From contig CM000430.1 in assembly GCA_000165345.1 (NCBI GenBank), positions 1 to 64,000 on the forward strand: a stretch of DNA of 64,000 nt. The letters are read 5' to 3'. Positions 1 to 10,255 of the stretch are shown one piece after another. Each line of letters opens with the position of its first letter. The stretch's first letter is position 1. The notes under the pieces are model-generated. The model ran no database searches, was not told the origin of the DNA, and saw nothing but the letters and a program-made list of their open reading frames with translations. The position numbers were made by a program, and so were the translations under genes.

Positions 1-42
1 ATATTCCCAAAATTTGGAATGATTTGATTTGGTATATATAAA

Positions 43-1380
43 TCATAAAATAGGATACTTTTCTTTAATATTAATATTAATTTTGGTTTGAATACAATCA
101 ATAATCATTTTATTAGTAATAGTTTTAAACCATACATAATTCCAAATTTTATAAGTTTTTTCAAGAATTCTTTTATTATAATTATTAATAAGAATTTGTG
201 ATTTTGATTTATAAATACGAATAGAATTAATATATTCAAACCATTTTTTCCAATATATTTTTAAATTATTGATTTGAAAAATATATGTAGCATGTTGTAA
301 TTGAATTTTATGTTTAGCATAATTACTACTATTTCTTTGAAATACCATTAAAACATAATTAGCTAAAAATAGACAAGATTTTTCCTTTAATATTTTAGAT
401 TGTTTTCGATGTATAAGATATTGTTTAAATGAATGAAAGCCATTCATTAATAATTGTCGTCTTGCTGATAATCCAGAAATAATTAGCATAGTTTTTTCTC
501 TATAACTTTCTTGAGCTAATATATACCATAGATTAAATACAAAAATTTGAATATTATTTTCATATTTAGTTTTAATAAATTGATATTTAAATTTGTCTTG
601 TTTTTTTTTGTAGATAATAATTTTCCATTCTTTAATAATTTGTAACATTTTATTATTTAAAAGATTTATTTGCCATTGTAATATTGTATATCTTTTATTC
701 ATAGAATATTGAAGTAATATAATCCAATTATTGAATAATTTATTTAATTTATTTTTTTCAATAATATAAGATTTTTCTTTCAAAATTTCTTTTCTTTTCT
801 TTTTTAAATGAATATATTCCAAATATCCAAAAATTATTCTTCTTTTTTTGGAGATTTCAAGTTCATTTCTAATAGTTAATAAATTGATATATTCATAATA
901 CCATAGAAAAAAGATTTTTTTTTGTAATTTATCTTTTTGAAATTTTTGAATTTTTCTTTGATTAATAAATTCAGAATACCATAATTGAAGAACTTGTTTA
1001 ATTAGATGAGAAAAATAGAATTTTTTAATATGACAATATATTTTGAATTCATTTTTTTTGTTTAAATAATGATCTTTATACCAATATTGTAAAGAATTTT
1101 TTAATAATTGTTGATTTTTCTTGTTTAAGATATATTCTTCTTTGACAGTATTTAACTTTTGTTTCATAGAGAGTTCAAACCATTCTCTTAAGATTTTTGA
1201 TTTGATTTTTTTCTTTCTATTATTCCCCACATATGATTCCAATTCTAATAATATTTTTTGTTTTAAAGTATATAAATACCATTCTTTAATAATTCTAGAG
1301 ACTGTTTTTTGTGTATGATGTGCGATTGCACTGCTATATTTATCAAAATCTTGGAATTCATTATTAGTTGTATGCACCAT
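43..1380 (-). CDS. Hypothetical Lys/Ile-rich protein with periodic Trp-centred repeats (possible Sfi1-like centrin-binding or IQ-like repeats)
   Basis: Complete 445-aa ORF. Hydrophobic-x-hydrophobic-W-Y/K cores (LQLWYSEF, FFLWYYEY, FNLWYILA, IKEWYLYT, ILREWFEL) recur every ~25-40 aa. No catalytic domain recognised. The coding call rests on ORF length. Confidence 0.5.
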   Translation of the reverse strand: MVHTTNNEFQDFDKYSSAIAHHTQKTVSRIIKEWYLYTLKQKILLELESYVGNNRKKKIKSKILREWFELSMKQKLNTVKEEYILNKKNQQLLKNSLQYWYKDHYLNKKNEFKIYCHIKKFYFSHLIKQVLQLWYSEFINQRKIQKFQKDKLQKKIFFLWYYEYINLLTIRNELEISKKRRIIFGYLEYIHLKKKRKEILKEKSYIIEKNKLNKLFNNWIILLQYSMNKRYTILQWQINLLNNKMLQIIKEWKIIIYKKKQDKFKYQFIKTKYENNIQIFVFNLWYILAQESYREKTMLIISGLSARRQLLMNGFHSFKQYLIHRKQSKILKEKSCLFLANYVLMVFQRNSSNYAKHKIQLQHATYIFQINNLKIYWKKWFEYINSIRIYKSKSQILINNYNKRILEKTYKIWNYVWFKTITNKMIIDCIQTKININIKEKYPIL

Positions 1381-1733
1381 ATATCATTAATTATCGTGAT
1401 ATTTCAACTTTGTTAATAAATAATAGATTTGTAAAGTACTTATATGTAAATGAGTATATATTAATATTATAAAGATGAGGAATTCATTCAAATAAATATA
1501 GTTGGATTTTTTTTTTTGTTTTATTAATTTCTTTAAAATGGTTTAATTACTTATCATTAATAATTTTCTTATTAAAAAAAAAATTGCGATTTCACACAGA
1601 AATTAATAGGAAATTGCCTTTTATTTCTTTTAATTACTTTCTCATTTAAAAGAAAGAAAGAAAGTTGTTTTAGCTTTAACAATATATTTCTTTATATTGG
1701 AAATTTTTTTCTTGTCATGTGAAATTCTCGCAC

Positions 1734-1746
1734 TTTTGGCGCCAAT
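1734..1746. promoter_or_regulatory. E2F-like motif TTTTGGCGCCAAT in the divergent promoter of the first ORF and hsp70
   Basis: Read directly. A second site, TTTAGGCGCCAAATC, lies at 2755-2769. Confidence 0.5.
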
Positions 1747-2450
1747 CTTGGATATACTTGAGTAATTTTATTTGCTGGTTAATTTACACTAATTACAGTT
1801 TTTGCTATAAAAACTTACGATTTTTGTTAGTTTGAGTATATTTTTCTTCTTTTTTCATTTAAATTTATGTTTGTAAATTGTCTTAATAGTGAATTCTCAT
1901 TCTATGGTGAAAGGTATATATTATAAAATTTGTAATATTATAATAAAATATTTTTTTCCTATGAAATTTAATTTTACAAGCATTAGTTTCATAATATAAT
2001 CATATTGTTGATTAGTCTGTAAAAATATTATTTGATTGATGAGAGATCCATATTCACTTTATTTTATTAGAATTTTTATTAAATAAAAGTTGTATTATTT
2101 TTTTTTTATTGTAATTATTAAAAATAATGGCCTTTTTTTTTAATTAATAGAAATATTATGTAGTGAATTACAATCACAACTTGATTTTACCATTTTATTA
2201 TATTTTTTTTAAAAATTATTGTAATTATTTAATACTTTACACACGTAATTTATTTTCTTCTATTGAATTAATTAAACTTTATTCCTATAACATTCATATA
2301 CAGTTGCATTGCAAATTTTGCATGCAATGCATGCAATCAATGTGGACAAAATTTTAATAACGAAGCATGAACAACAACATGGCGGTTAGCTGCTAAAGTC
2401 AAATATTTACATTAATTATTATTATAAGAAAACGAGGAGTTGATTTATTC

Positions 2451-2596
2451 GGAAAGTAAAGTGATAAAAGTAAATGGAAAAAAGGGAGAAAATGAGGAAT
2501 AAGAGGGGGAAGAAATGAAAGAAAGAAAAATATAAGAGAAAGAATGGGAAGAGTAGTAGTAGGAAGAAGGAAACAATGTAGTGGGAAATATAACGC
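2451..2596 (+). repeat. About 145-bp polypurine (GA-rich) tract in the hsp70 upstream region
   Basis: ggaaagtaaagtgataaaagtaaatggaaaaaagggagaaaatgaggaataagagggggaagaaatgaaagaaagaaaaatataagagaaagaatgggaagagtagtagtaggaagaaggaaac is mostly A/G on the hsp70 sense strand. Confidence 0.8.
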
Positions 2597-3162
2597 AATA
2601 AAAAAAAATGGACGCTACATGAGGGAAGTTTGAAATAGTTGATAATTAAAAATTTTAATTTAAGTACAATTTTTAATTCGATTTCAATCTACAAATACTA
2701 ATTAGAGAAAATTATATGCAATATTTTTTTTCCATGTTATAGAAAATTGAAGGGTTTAGGCGCCAAATCGAGAGTTACTACTTTGTATAAAATAATTTAT
2801 ATATTAATTGCGCATTAAATAAAAATTAGGGGGTTTGGCGGTAATTCTGAGACGCAATAATATTTAAAATAATAATAAATAATCAAAATATATAAGAAAA
2901 TGTAAATATAATAAATGATGAAGAATAATGGTCAGTTGTTAAGTACGTATAAAATGGCAAATACTAATCAAAATGTAAAAAATAAATAGTATAATGTCAA
3001 ATTATGAATAAGAAATAATAGACACAGCTATTTATGAGGGGAAAAGTCAATGTGTCTCGTAAAGATTGAAAAATAAGTACAAGTTACCCCATCTCACTAG
3101 ATAAATAGTTTATTTCATTTTAACTGATTTAATAAATTCTTATCGAAATTCAAAAAAACAAG

Positions 3163-5184
3163 ATGACATCATCTGAAGGTCCAGCTATTGGTATTGATTT
3201 AGGTACCACATACTCATGTGTTGGTGTATGGAGAAACGATACTGTAGATATTGTTCCAAACGATCAAGGTAACCGTACAACACCATCATATGTAGCATTT
3301 ACAGAAACTGAGCGTCTTATTGGTGATGCAGCAAAGAACCAAGTTGCTAGAAACCCAGAAAATACAGTTTTTGATGCTAAACGTCTTATTGGTAGAAAGT
3401 TTGATGATCAGGCAGTACAAAGTGATATGACTCACTGGCCATTTAAAGTAGTTAGAGGTCCAAAGGACAAGCCAATCATCAGTGTAAACTACTTAGGTGA
3501 AAAGAAGGAATTCCATGCTGAAGAAATTTCTGCTATGGTTTTACAAAAGATGAAGGAGATCTCTGAAGCATACTTGGGTCGCCAAATTAAGAACGCTGTA
3601 GTTACTGTTCCAGCTTATTTCAATGACTCACAGCGTCAAGCAACAAAGGATGCAGGTGCAATTGCTGGTTTGAATGTAATGAGAATCATTAACGAGCCAA
3701 CTGCAGCTGCTATTGCTTATGGTCTTGATAAGAAAGGAACTGGCGAGAGAAATGTATTGATCTTCGATTTAGGTGGTGGTACTTTTGATGTATCATTATT
3801 AACTATTGAAGATGGTATTTTTGAAGTTAAAGCTACCGCTGGTGATACTCACTTGGGTGGTGAAGATTTTGATAACAGACTCGTAGAATTCTGTGTACAA
3901 GATTTCAAGAGAAAGAATAGAGGTATGGATTTAACCACAAATGCTAGAGCTTTAAGAAGACTCAGAACTCAATGCGAGCGTGCAAAGAGAACTTTGTCAT
4001 CTTCTACTCAAGCTACAATTGAGTTAGATTCACTCTATGAAGGTATTGATTATTCAGTTGCCATCAGTAGAGCTAGATTCGAAGAACTCTGCGCTGATTA
4101 CTTCCGTGCAACTTTAGCTCCAGTTGAGAAAGTACTCAAGGATGCTGGTATGGACAAGAGATCTGTACATGATGTTGTATTGGTTGGTGGTTCTACACGT
4201 ATTCCAAAGGTTCAGGCCTTGATTCAGGAATTCTTTAACGGTAAAGAGCCATGCAAAGCAATCAATCCAGACGAAGCTGTTGCTTATGGTGCTGCTGTAC
4301 AAGCTGCTATCTTAAATGGTGAGCAATCCTCTGCCGTACAGGATCTCTTATTATTGGATGTTGCTCCATTATCACTCGGTTTAGAAACTGCTGGTGGTGT
4401 TATGACCAAGCTTATTGAACGTAATACAACTATCCCAGCAAAGAAGACACAAGTCTTCACTACTTATGCTGATAACCAGAGTGGTGTCTTGATCCAAGTT
4501 TATGAGGGTGAGAGAGCCATGACTAAGGATAACCATCTCCTCGGAAAGTTCCATCTTGATGGTATTCCACCAGCACCAAGAGGTGTACCACAAATTGAAG
4601 TCACCTTTGATATTGATGCTAATGGTATCTTGAATGTGTCTGCTGTTGATAAGAGTACTGGTAAGAGCAGCAAGATCACTATTACTAACGATAAGGGTAG
4701 ATTATCAAAGGACGATATTGAACGTATGGTTAATGATGCTGAGAAATACAAGGGTGAGGATGAGCAGAACAGACTTAAGATTGAGGCTAAGAACTCTTTG
4801 GAGAACTACCTCTATAACATGAGGAACACCATCCAAGAACCAAAGGTTAAGGAAAAGCTTTCTCAATCTGAAATTGATGAGGCTGAGAAGAAGATCAAGG
4901 ATGCTCTTGACTGGCTCGAGCACAACCAAACTGCTGAAAAGGACGAGTTTGAACATCAACAAAAGGAGATTGAAACTCATATGAATCCACTCATGATGAA
5001 GATCTACTCTGCTGAGGGTGGTATGCCAGGTGGAATGCCAGGTGGTATGCCAGGCGGTATGCCAGGTGGAATGCCAGGTGGTATGCCAGGTGGAATGCCA
5101 GGCGGTATGCCAGGTGGTATGCCAGGTGGTATGCCAGGTGGTATGCCAGGATCTAATGGTCCAACTGTTGAAGAGGTCGACTAA
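3163..5184 (+). CDS. HSP70: Cytosolic heat shock protein 70 (HSP70/HSPA family) with C-terminal (GGMP)11 repeat and EEVD tail
   Basis: 673-aa ORF. N-terminal [28 protein letters not shown] and [13 protein letters not shown] motifs. Ends GGMP x11 ... PTVEEVD. GC content visibly higher than neighbours, consistent with strong codon bias. Confidence 0.97.
   Translation: MTSSEGPAIGIDLGTTYSCVGVWRNDTVDIVPNDQGNRTTPSYVAFTETERLIGDAAKNQVARNPENTVFDAKRLIGRKFDDQAVQSDMTHWPFKVVRGPKDKPIISVNYLGEKKEFHAEEISAMVLQKMKEISEAYLGRQIKNAVVTVPAYFNDSQRQATKDAGAIAGLNVMRIINEPTAAAIAYGLDKKGTGERNVLIFDLGGGTFDVSLLTIEDGIFEVKATAGDTHLGGEDFDNRLVEFCVQDFKRKNRGMDLTTNARALRRLRTQCERAKRTLSSSTQATIELDSLYEGIDYSVAISRARFEELCADYFRATLAPVEKVLKDAGMDKRSVHDVVLVGGSTRIPKVQALIQEFFNGKEPCKAINPDEAVAYGAAVQAAILNGEQSSAVQDLLLLDVAPLSLGLETAGGVMTKLIERNTTIPAKKTQVFTTYADNQSGVLIQVYEGERAMTKDNHLLGKFHLDGIPPAPRGVPQIEVTFDIDANGILNVSAVDKSTGKSSKITITNDKGRLSKDDIERMVNDAEKYKGEDEQNRLKIEAKNSLENYLYNMRNTIQEPKVKEKLSQSEIDEAEKKIKDALDWLEHNQTAEKDEFEHQQKEIETHMNPLMMKIYSAEGGMPGGMPGGMPGGMPGGMPGGMPGGMPGGMPGGMPGGMPGGMPGSNGPTVEEVD
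5018..5149 (+). repeat. In-frame 12-nt tandem repeat (11 units) encoding GGMP inside the hsp70 CDS
   Basis: Units ggtggtatgcca / ggtggaatgcca / ggcggtatgcca counted directly. Frame-shifted reading gives the spurious ORF 5018..5227. Confidence 0.95.
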
Positions 5185-6253
5185 TTATTTTAGTCACCAA
5201 AAAAACTCACTCAAAATGGAAAGTTAAGAACTATTTACACACTTTCAATTTCTAGTTATTTTTTACCAAAATAAGAAGAAAAGCACACTCTACCTTTAGG
5301 CTATATTTTCCATTCTCTAGCCTAGACTCCCTTATATGCGAGTTGGCAATATTTCACCAGATTTACCGCCATAAATTTGGCATTTTTGGCTTATTGATAG
5401 TCATTACTATTATCAATACGAGTTCTCGAAAAGAGAAAGGCCAGATATCTGGATAGTTTGGAACAAACTATGTTCTCTAGTTTATTTGAGAATTCTCGTA
5501 CGTAGTTTAGCCTATTGGTCAGTGTGATATTGAACAAACTGTTAATGGAGATTAGTCATTTAAGTGAATTTTGTCACGCACTTTACTCCGTGCCTCTCTT
5601 TCTTACTCTCATTATGTTCTTAATTTGATAAGATTCTACTTTAATTGCAGTCGTAAATAGTTTTATATTCGATTAAATTGCAATATAAATATATGGAGAC
5701 GGAAACAATCGGAAATCTATTCTTCATTAGTTGTTAATATGGAAAGTTTAATGCTAAAAATGAAATTTGCCGCCAAAACATGCATTTTAATAGGCAAAAG
5801 GTAATAATTACCATTGAATTAATATTTAAATGCGTGTGTGTATATGTTGTGGGGTATAAATTAATTAGCTTTGAAATAAAAAAGAAAAGCAAGTATGATC
5901 GTGGGAAATAATTTACTATAATTTGATAATATTTTTTTAAGAAACTCTTCTCTCAATTTTATTGAATAAATAATATTTATCATCAATAACTTTTTTATAA
6001 TTTTCCGCTATTATGTATTACTTTATCAAATTTTATAATATAATTTATTGTATTAGGCGCCAAAAACCATTTTTAAAATGAAATTAATTAGTGTAAGATT
6101 CAACAGGACGAATTAAAAAAGATCACAGATTTTTAGTCTCTATATAGTAAATAAATAAACTAGGTGACCATTTCAAGGAAGTGCAGCTTGAGTAAAATTA
6201 TTGAATAATTAGAAATTACTCAAAAAAAAAGCACTAGTTATAAAATTGAAATA

Positions 6254-7765
6254 ATGAGAATTTTGTTAATTTTACTACTATTTCTTTCTATCAAGACAAA
6301 CTTAATCCATTTTTGTTTAGCAGGTAATTTCTTAGTTGTGAATAATGCAGCCAATGGCAGTGAACATGAAATTCTTCATTCCAATTTTTTGAAAGAATTT
6401 GGAAATGATTATAATAAACAAGTGGAAGAAATATCACGAGTAGAATTAAACAGATTTAAAGGACAGACATATTTGGATTATACAGGTTCTGGATTATACC
6501 AAAAATCGCAATTGGAAGAGATTTATACAGATTTCATTAATAATGCATATGGAAATGCTCATAGTAGAAATCCTTCAGCTGAACTTACTAATAAAAAATT
6601 ATCAGAAGCTAGAGAACTTTTATTTAACTTCTTTAATATAAGTAAAGATACCCATACAATTATATTTACTGGAGGAGCAACTGGTGGGTTAAAACTTATA
6701 GGCGAAGATTTTCCATGGACAAAACAAAGTAAATTTTACTATACTAGAGTAAATCATAATTCAGTATTAGGAATAAGAGAATATGCTGTTTCAAAAGGAG
6801 CTGAATTTCGTGCATTATCTTTTAATGATATTGAAAAAATATTAGCTCAAAGAGAAAAGGATTATAAAGAAAAAAAGGATGGAAAAAGTGAAAATTTATG
6901 TTTATTCGCATTTCCAGGTAAAGATAACTTTTCTGGGGAAAAGTACCCACTAAAATGGATAAAACAGGTACAAAAATATGGATTATCAGATGATTGTGAT
7001 TGGAAGGTTATTTTAGATGCTGCAGCAATGGTACCTACTGAAAAATTAGATATTTCAGAAAATTCTGCTGATTTTGTTGTTATTTCTTTTTATAAAATGT
7101 TTGGATACCCTACTGGACTTGGTGCATTAATTTCAAAAACTGATCAAGTTAATAAATTTAATAAACTCTATTTTGGAGGTGGAACTGTTGTTATGGCTTC
7201 TTGTGATTCTAGATGGTGTAAAATGCGTGAAAATCCTAGTGAAAAATTTGAAGACGGTACCGTTTCTTTTTTAAGTATTGTATCACTTAAATATGGTTTA
7301 AATAAGCTTCAATCTATTGGTATGGATAAAATTAATAAACATGTTTCATCTTTGACATTATTTACTTTTAATCTTTTATCTCAATTAAGACACTTTTCTG
7401 GTGGTAATGTTGTACATTTTTATGGAAGATTTGCTTCTCCTCCAACTGGAGGTATTATTAATTTCAATTTACTTAAACCTGATGGAACTTTTGTTCATTA
7501 TTTTAAAGTTGAACAGATGGCATCAGATAGTAATATTCATCTAAGAACTGGATGTTTTTGTAATCCTGGTGCATGTCAAGATTATTTAGGCCTTACTCTT
7601 GAAGAAATTCAAATTACTAGTGAAGTTAAGAATAGTTGTAGTGATCCGGCAGCAGGATTAGCTGGTAAACCTCTTGGGTCAATTAGGATCAGTTTTGGAT
7701 ATTTGTCAACGTTTAAAGATGTTTTGGCTATTTATGATTTTATTAAAACAAATTTTGTACACTAA
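6254..7765 (+). CDS. Molybdenum-cofactor-sulfurase-like (MOCOS/ABA3 N-terminal NifS-type, aminotransferase class V) domain protein with N-terminal signal peptide/anchor; no MOSC domain
   Basis: 503-aa ORF. Hydrophobic N-terminus MRILLILLLFLSIKTNL. FLKEFGNDY...YLDYTGSGLY, NAHSRNPS, IFTGGATGGLKLIGEDFPW, NHNSVLGIREYA, LFAFPGKDNFSGEKYPL, PLP-Lys motif ISFYKMFGYPTGLGALIS, persulfide-Cys motif RTGCFCNPGAC, C-terminal IRISFGYLSTFKD. These are collinear with the ABA3/MOCOS N-terminal domain as I recall it. Confidence 0.8.
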   Translation: MRILLILLLFLSIKTNLIHFCLAGNFLVVNNAANGSEHEILHSNFLKEFGNDYNKQVEEISRVELNRFKGQTYLDYTGSGLYQKSQLEEIYTDFINNAYGNAHSRNPSAELTNKKLSEARELLFNFFNISKDTHTIIFTGGATGGLKLIGEDFPWTKQSKFYYTRVNHNSVLGIREYAVSKGAEFRALSFNDIEKILAQREKDYKEKKDGKSENLCLFAFPGKDNFSGEKYPLKWIKQVQKYGLSDDCDWKVILDAAAMVPTEKLDISENSADFVVISFYKMFGYPTGLGALISKTDQVNKFNKLYFGGGTVVMASCDSRWCKMRENPSEKFEDGTVSFLSIVSLKYGLNKLQSIGMDKINKHVSSLTLFTFNLLSQLRHFSGGNVVHFYGRFASPPTGGIINFNLLKPDGTFVHYFKVEQMASDSNIHLRTGCFCNPGACQDYLGLTLEEIQITSEVKNSCSDPAAGLAGKPLGSIRISFGYLSTFKDVLAIYDFIKTNFVH

Positions 7766-7843
7766 TGGGTGTAATATAGTGGGGCTATGAAAAAAAAATA
7801 TTGGGATATTTATAAATATAAATTTAAAAAAAAAACTATGGTT

Positions 7844-9346
7844 TTATCTAATTACAAAATTTTTTAAATCGTGATTAGTTTTGCAATCAGAATTTGTCTC
7901 TTCAATCCAAGAGAACGTATTACATTTTTGTTGGTCAGATTTTGGACAACTCCAATATAGTCTTCCTTTATTTACACCTGACTTTGTTACCTTCTTTTTT
8001 ACACAGGGGATTCCATGTTTACATTGGGGATGATTTAAAGAGATTTTATTATTTATCTTAAAATCATGGCTTTTAATAGTTTTATTAATTTGACCTTTTA
8101 CTTCAACTTTACTTAAAGTCAGAAACTGACTAATTGTACTTTGTCTTTGCTTACATTGAGGCAAGTACTTAGAACAAATGCTAGGGGGCTTCCTTTTTTC
8201 ATTATTATACAAAGATTCAAATTCTCCCGTCTTTAAAATTAGTAAAATAGGACAGTGATCAGAACCATATATGTGATCAAGTATCTCACACTTTATAGAT
8301 TCTGATATTAATCCTTTTGAAATAAGAAATAAATCTATTCTAGTTCCTTGATTTCTAATTCTAGACTGATTCATTTGGCTCCAACATGTGTATTTGTTAT
8401 TAGTTCTTGGATAATAATGTCTATATGCATCAACCAAACAATATCCTTTAATCATCTCAATATTCATCCTTCTCATATGCATATATGCTTTAGCAAAGGA
8501 GGAAGTTTCAAAGATTTCCTTAGGGCTTGTTAGCATACATGGCGCCAATTTGCAATTGTCGAGTATCCCACAATCATCATAACAATCAATTTTTTCCAAT
8601 ATAATGTTAAAGTCTCCCGCCAAAATGACATTTCTTTTGCATGCATTTTTAAGTACATGTAATAATAAATTAAGATATTCTTGGAATGCAAGTCTATATT
8701 TAAATCTCTCAGGATCAACAGTTTCTGATAGTTCAATTCGTGTTTCATTTTGATTTTGAATTTCTTTTAACATAACTTCTTCTTTTTCCTTTTCTTCCTT
8801 TTCTTCAGCTTTGCTTCTTAGTAAAGGAACATATAAATTTAGCAATACGAATTGTTTATGATCAGTAATTACACATCTACCTTCTCCATCTATTTCAGAT
8901 ATAGATATCCCATATTTATCTTTAATTTTAGAAATATCGGATTCAATTTCTTGCAATTTTTCTGTTTGAATCATTTGGTTTATGTCAAATTGACATGGAT
9001 TTGATTCTAGCCAAGAAAACCCCTTTGCCGCCTCAATTACCATAGTTTTTTTTGAACAATAAGTAGCAACTCCGCTATATCTTTTATTATTTTCAGCAAG
9101 TGAAAAATATGATTCATAATTTCCAGGACATCCTATTGAGTTGTTTAAATCATCTCCAAAGCTCATTTTACATTCTTGAAGGCATATTATGTCTGGGCTC
9201 TTCACATTTAGATTAGCACTGGTAACTTCATCGTTTACGCATATGTTATCAAGTAATTTAGAAAAATTTGATTCTGTGTAACCTCTTCTTTTTGTGAATG
9301 ATATTAAACCATTTACATTGAAAGAAATTATTGACAATTCCCTCAT
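7844..9346 (-). CDS. APE2: AP endonuclease 2-like (ExoIII/EEP family) with C-terminal GRF-type zinc finger
   Basis: 500-aa ORF. ISFNVNGL, DIICLQE, GDFNI, RIDLFLIS, GSDHCPI EEP-family motifs. Acidic EEKEEKEKEE insert. C-terminal CKHGIPC...GRLYWSCP...CNTFSW matches the zf-GRF pattern typical of APEX2. Confidence 0.8.
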   Translation of the reverse strand: MRELSIISFNVNGLISFTKRRGYTESNFSKLLDNICVNDEVTSANLNVKSPDIICLQECKMSFGDDLNNSIGCPGNYESYFSLAENNKRYSGVATYCSKKTMVIEAAKGFSWLESNPCQFDINQMIQTEKLQEIESDISKIKDKYGISISEIDGEGRCVITDHKQFVLLNLYVPLLRSKAEEKEEKEKEEVMLKEIQNQNETRIELSETVDPERFKYRLAFQEYLNLLLHVLKNACKRNVILAGDFNIILEKIDCYDDCGILDNCKLAPCMLTSPKEIFETSSFAKAYMHMRRMNIEMIKGYCLVDAYRHYYPRTNNKYTCWSQMNQSRIRNQGTRIDLFLISKGLISESIKCEILDHIYGSDHCPILLILKTGEFESLYNNEKRKPPSICSKYLPQCKQRQSTISQFLTLSKVEVKGQINKTIKSHDFKINNKISLNHPQCKHGIPCVKKKVTKSGVNKGRLYWSCPKSDQQKCNTFSWIEETNSDCKTNHDLKNFVIR

Positions 9347-9360
9347 TTTTGTTAGTTTCT

Positions 9361-9620
9361 ATTATTTGTAGCTCAATTTTCTTCTTTATATCCACCACCC
9401 TTTGCCTTCTTCACACCTAACACCTTTACCCTTAATATTTTATTAGTACTCACACAGCTTCAACTTTCTATCTTCCTAATAATGTCAATAATAAATCTGG
9501 GAGTTATAATAAAATATATGTTGTAAAAAGCGTTCTTACAGGCGAAAACCACCAAATCCAAAACCCTAAAAATACCCTATCCTGCCCCCTATCACCCTCC
9601 ACCTCTCCCCTCTATCACAT
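9361..9620 (-). repeat. Polypurine-on-minus-strand (C/T-rich on the plus strand) tract in the APE2 upstream region
   Basis: ccaccaccctttgccttcttcacacc...ccctatcctgccccctatcaccctccacctctcccctctatcac. Purine-rich on the sense strand of the minus-strand APE2 gene, as for hsp70. Confidence 0.7.
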
Positions 9621-10255
9621 ATTGATTTAATATTTATTATTAAAATTTGGCGCCCCACACGTGTTTAAATTAGAAATTAGAATTGGCGGCAAGCTTTAGC
9701 ACTTGACAACTTGAAATGCATGCAAAAAAAAAGAGAGCAATTTGGATAAAGAAAAGTTTAGGAACGAGGAGTAAAGGACAAGCAACAAGCAATAGGAAAA
9801 TAAAATATAGTTATTATATTGTAACAAAATGGAAAGAATCTAAAAGACTTATAAAAAGTCATCTTGAGTTAAACGTTGAAATACAATGATCAGAGATCTC
9901 GGTGGAAAAATATTTCATCCCGACTATTTGCTTTTTTAGAGCGTATATCCGGTCTTATGTAGCAAATACATATACATCATCACTTCAAAGTACTTCAAAG
10001 CATTACTCTAGATTGACGATCTTTAACACTATTAATCAGGAAAAGATTAAATATTGTCATTTAATATAAGGTCAGATTTTGTTTCTATACATAATCTTCC
10101 AGTGTTAATTAGGAAAGAAATAGATTAATTTGCGAATATTAAATCAAAATATATAACAAATATATTCATTTTTATCAGCTTTTATATATTAACAATTGAA
10201 ACATTTCCTTTATATTAAAGAAAAGGTATATATAAGTAGTCACAAAGCTCTGAAA

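Noticed and set aside
1381-3162. Searched the hsp70 upstream region for canonical heat-shock elements (three alternating GAA/TTC units with 2-nt spacing)
   Set aside because: Only single-spacer GAAATTC-type words (1723, 3143) and a TTCnnGAA pair downstream of the gene (5433) were found. There is no 3-unit HSE I can support by eye.
4114-4980. Several 60-90 aa ORFs on both strands inside hsp70; similar small ORFs inside the ABC genes (13516..13743, 14792..15069, 18744..20254, 21221..23237, 24701..28129, 29232..33448), NOP56, APE2, helicase and RPF1
   Set aside because: All are nested in or antisense to long conserved CDSs and have low-complexity composition. They are the chance ORFs expected in AT-rich DNA.
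5018-5227. ORF-track protein [12 protein letters not shown]... (69 aa)
   Set aside because: It is the +1 frame reading of the hsp70 GGMP repeat, not an independent gene.
9646-9662. CCCTAAA and CACGTG words that might indicate a telomere-like repeat or a G-box
   Set aside because: There is a single CCCTAAA copy at about 9575, not an array. CACGTG occurs only at 9658 and 36180, too few to call a motif class here.
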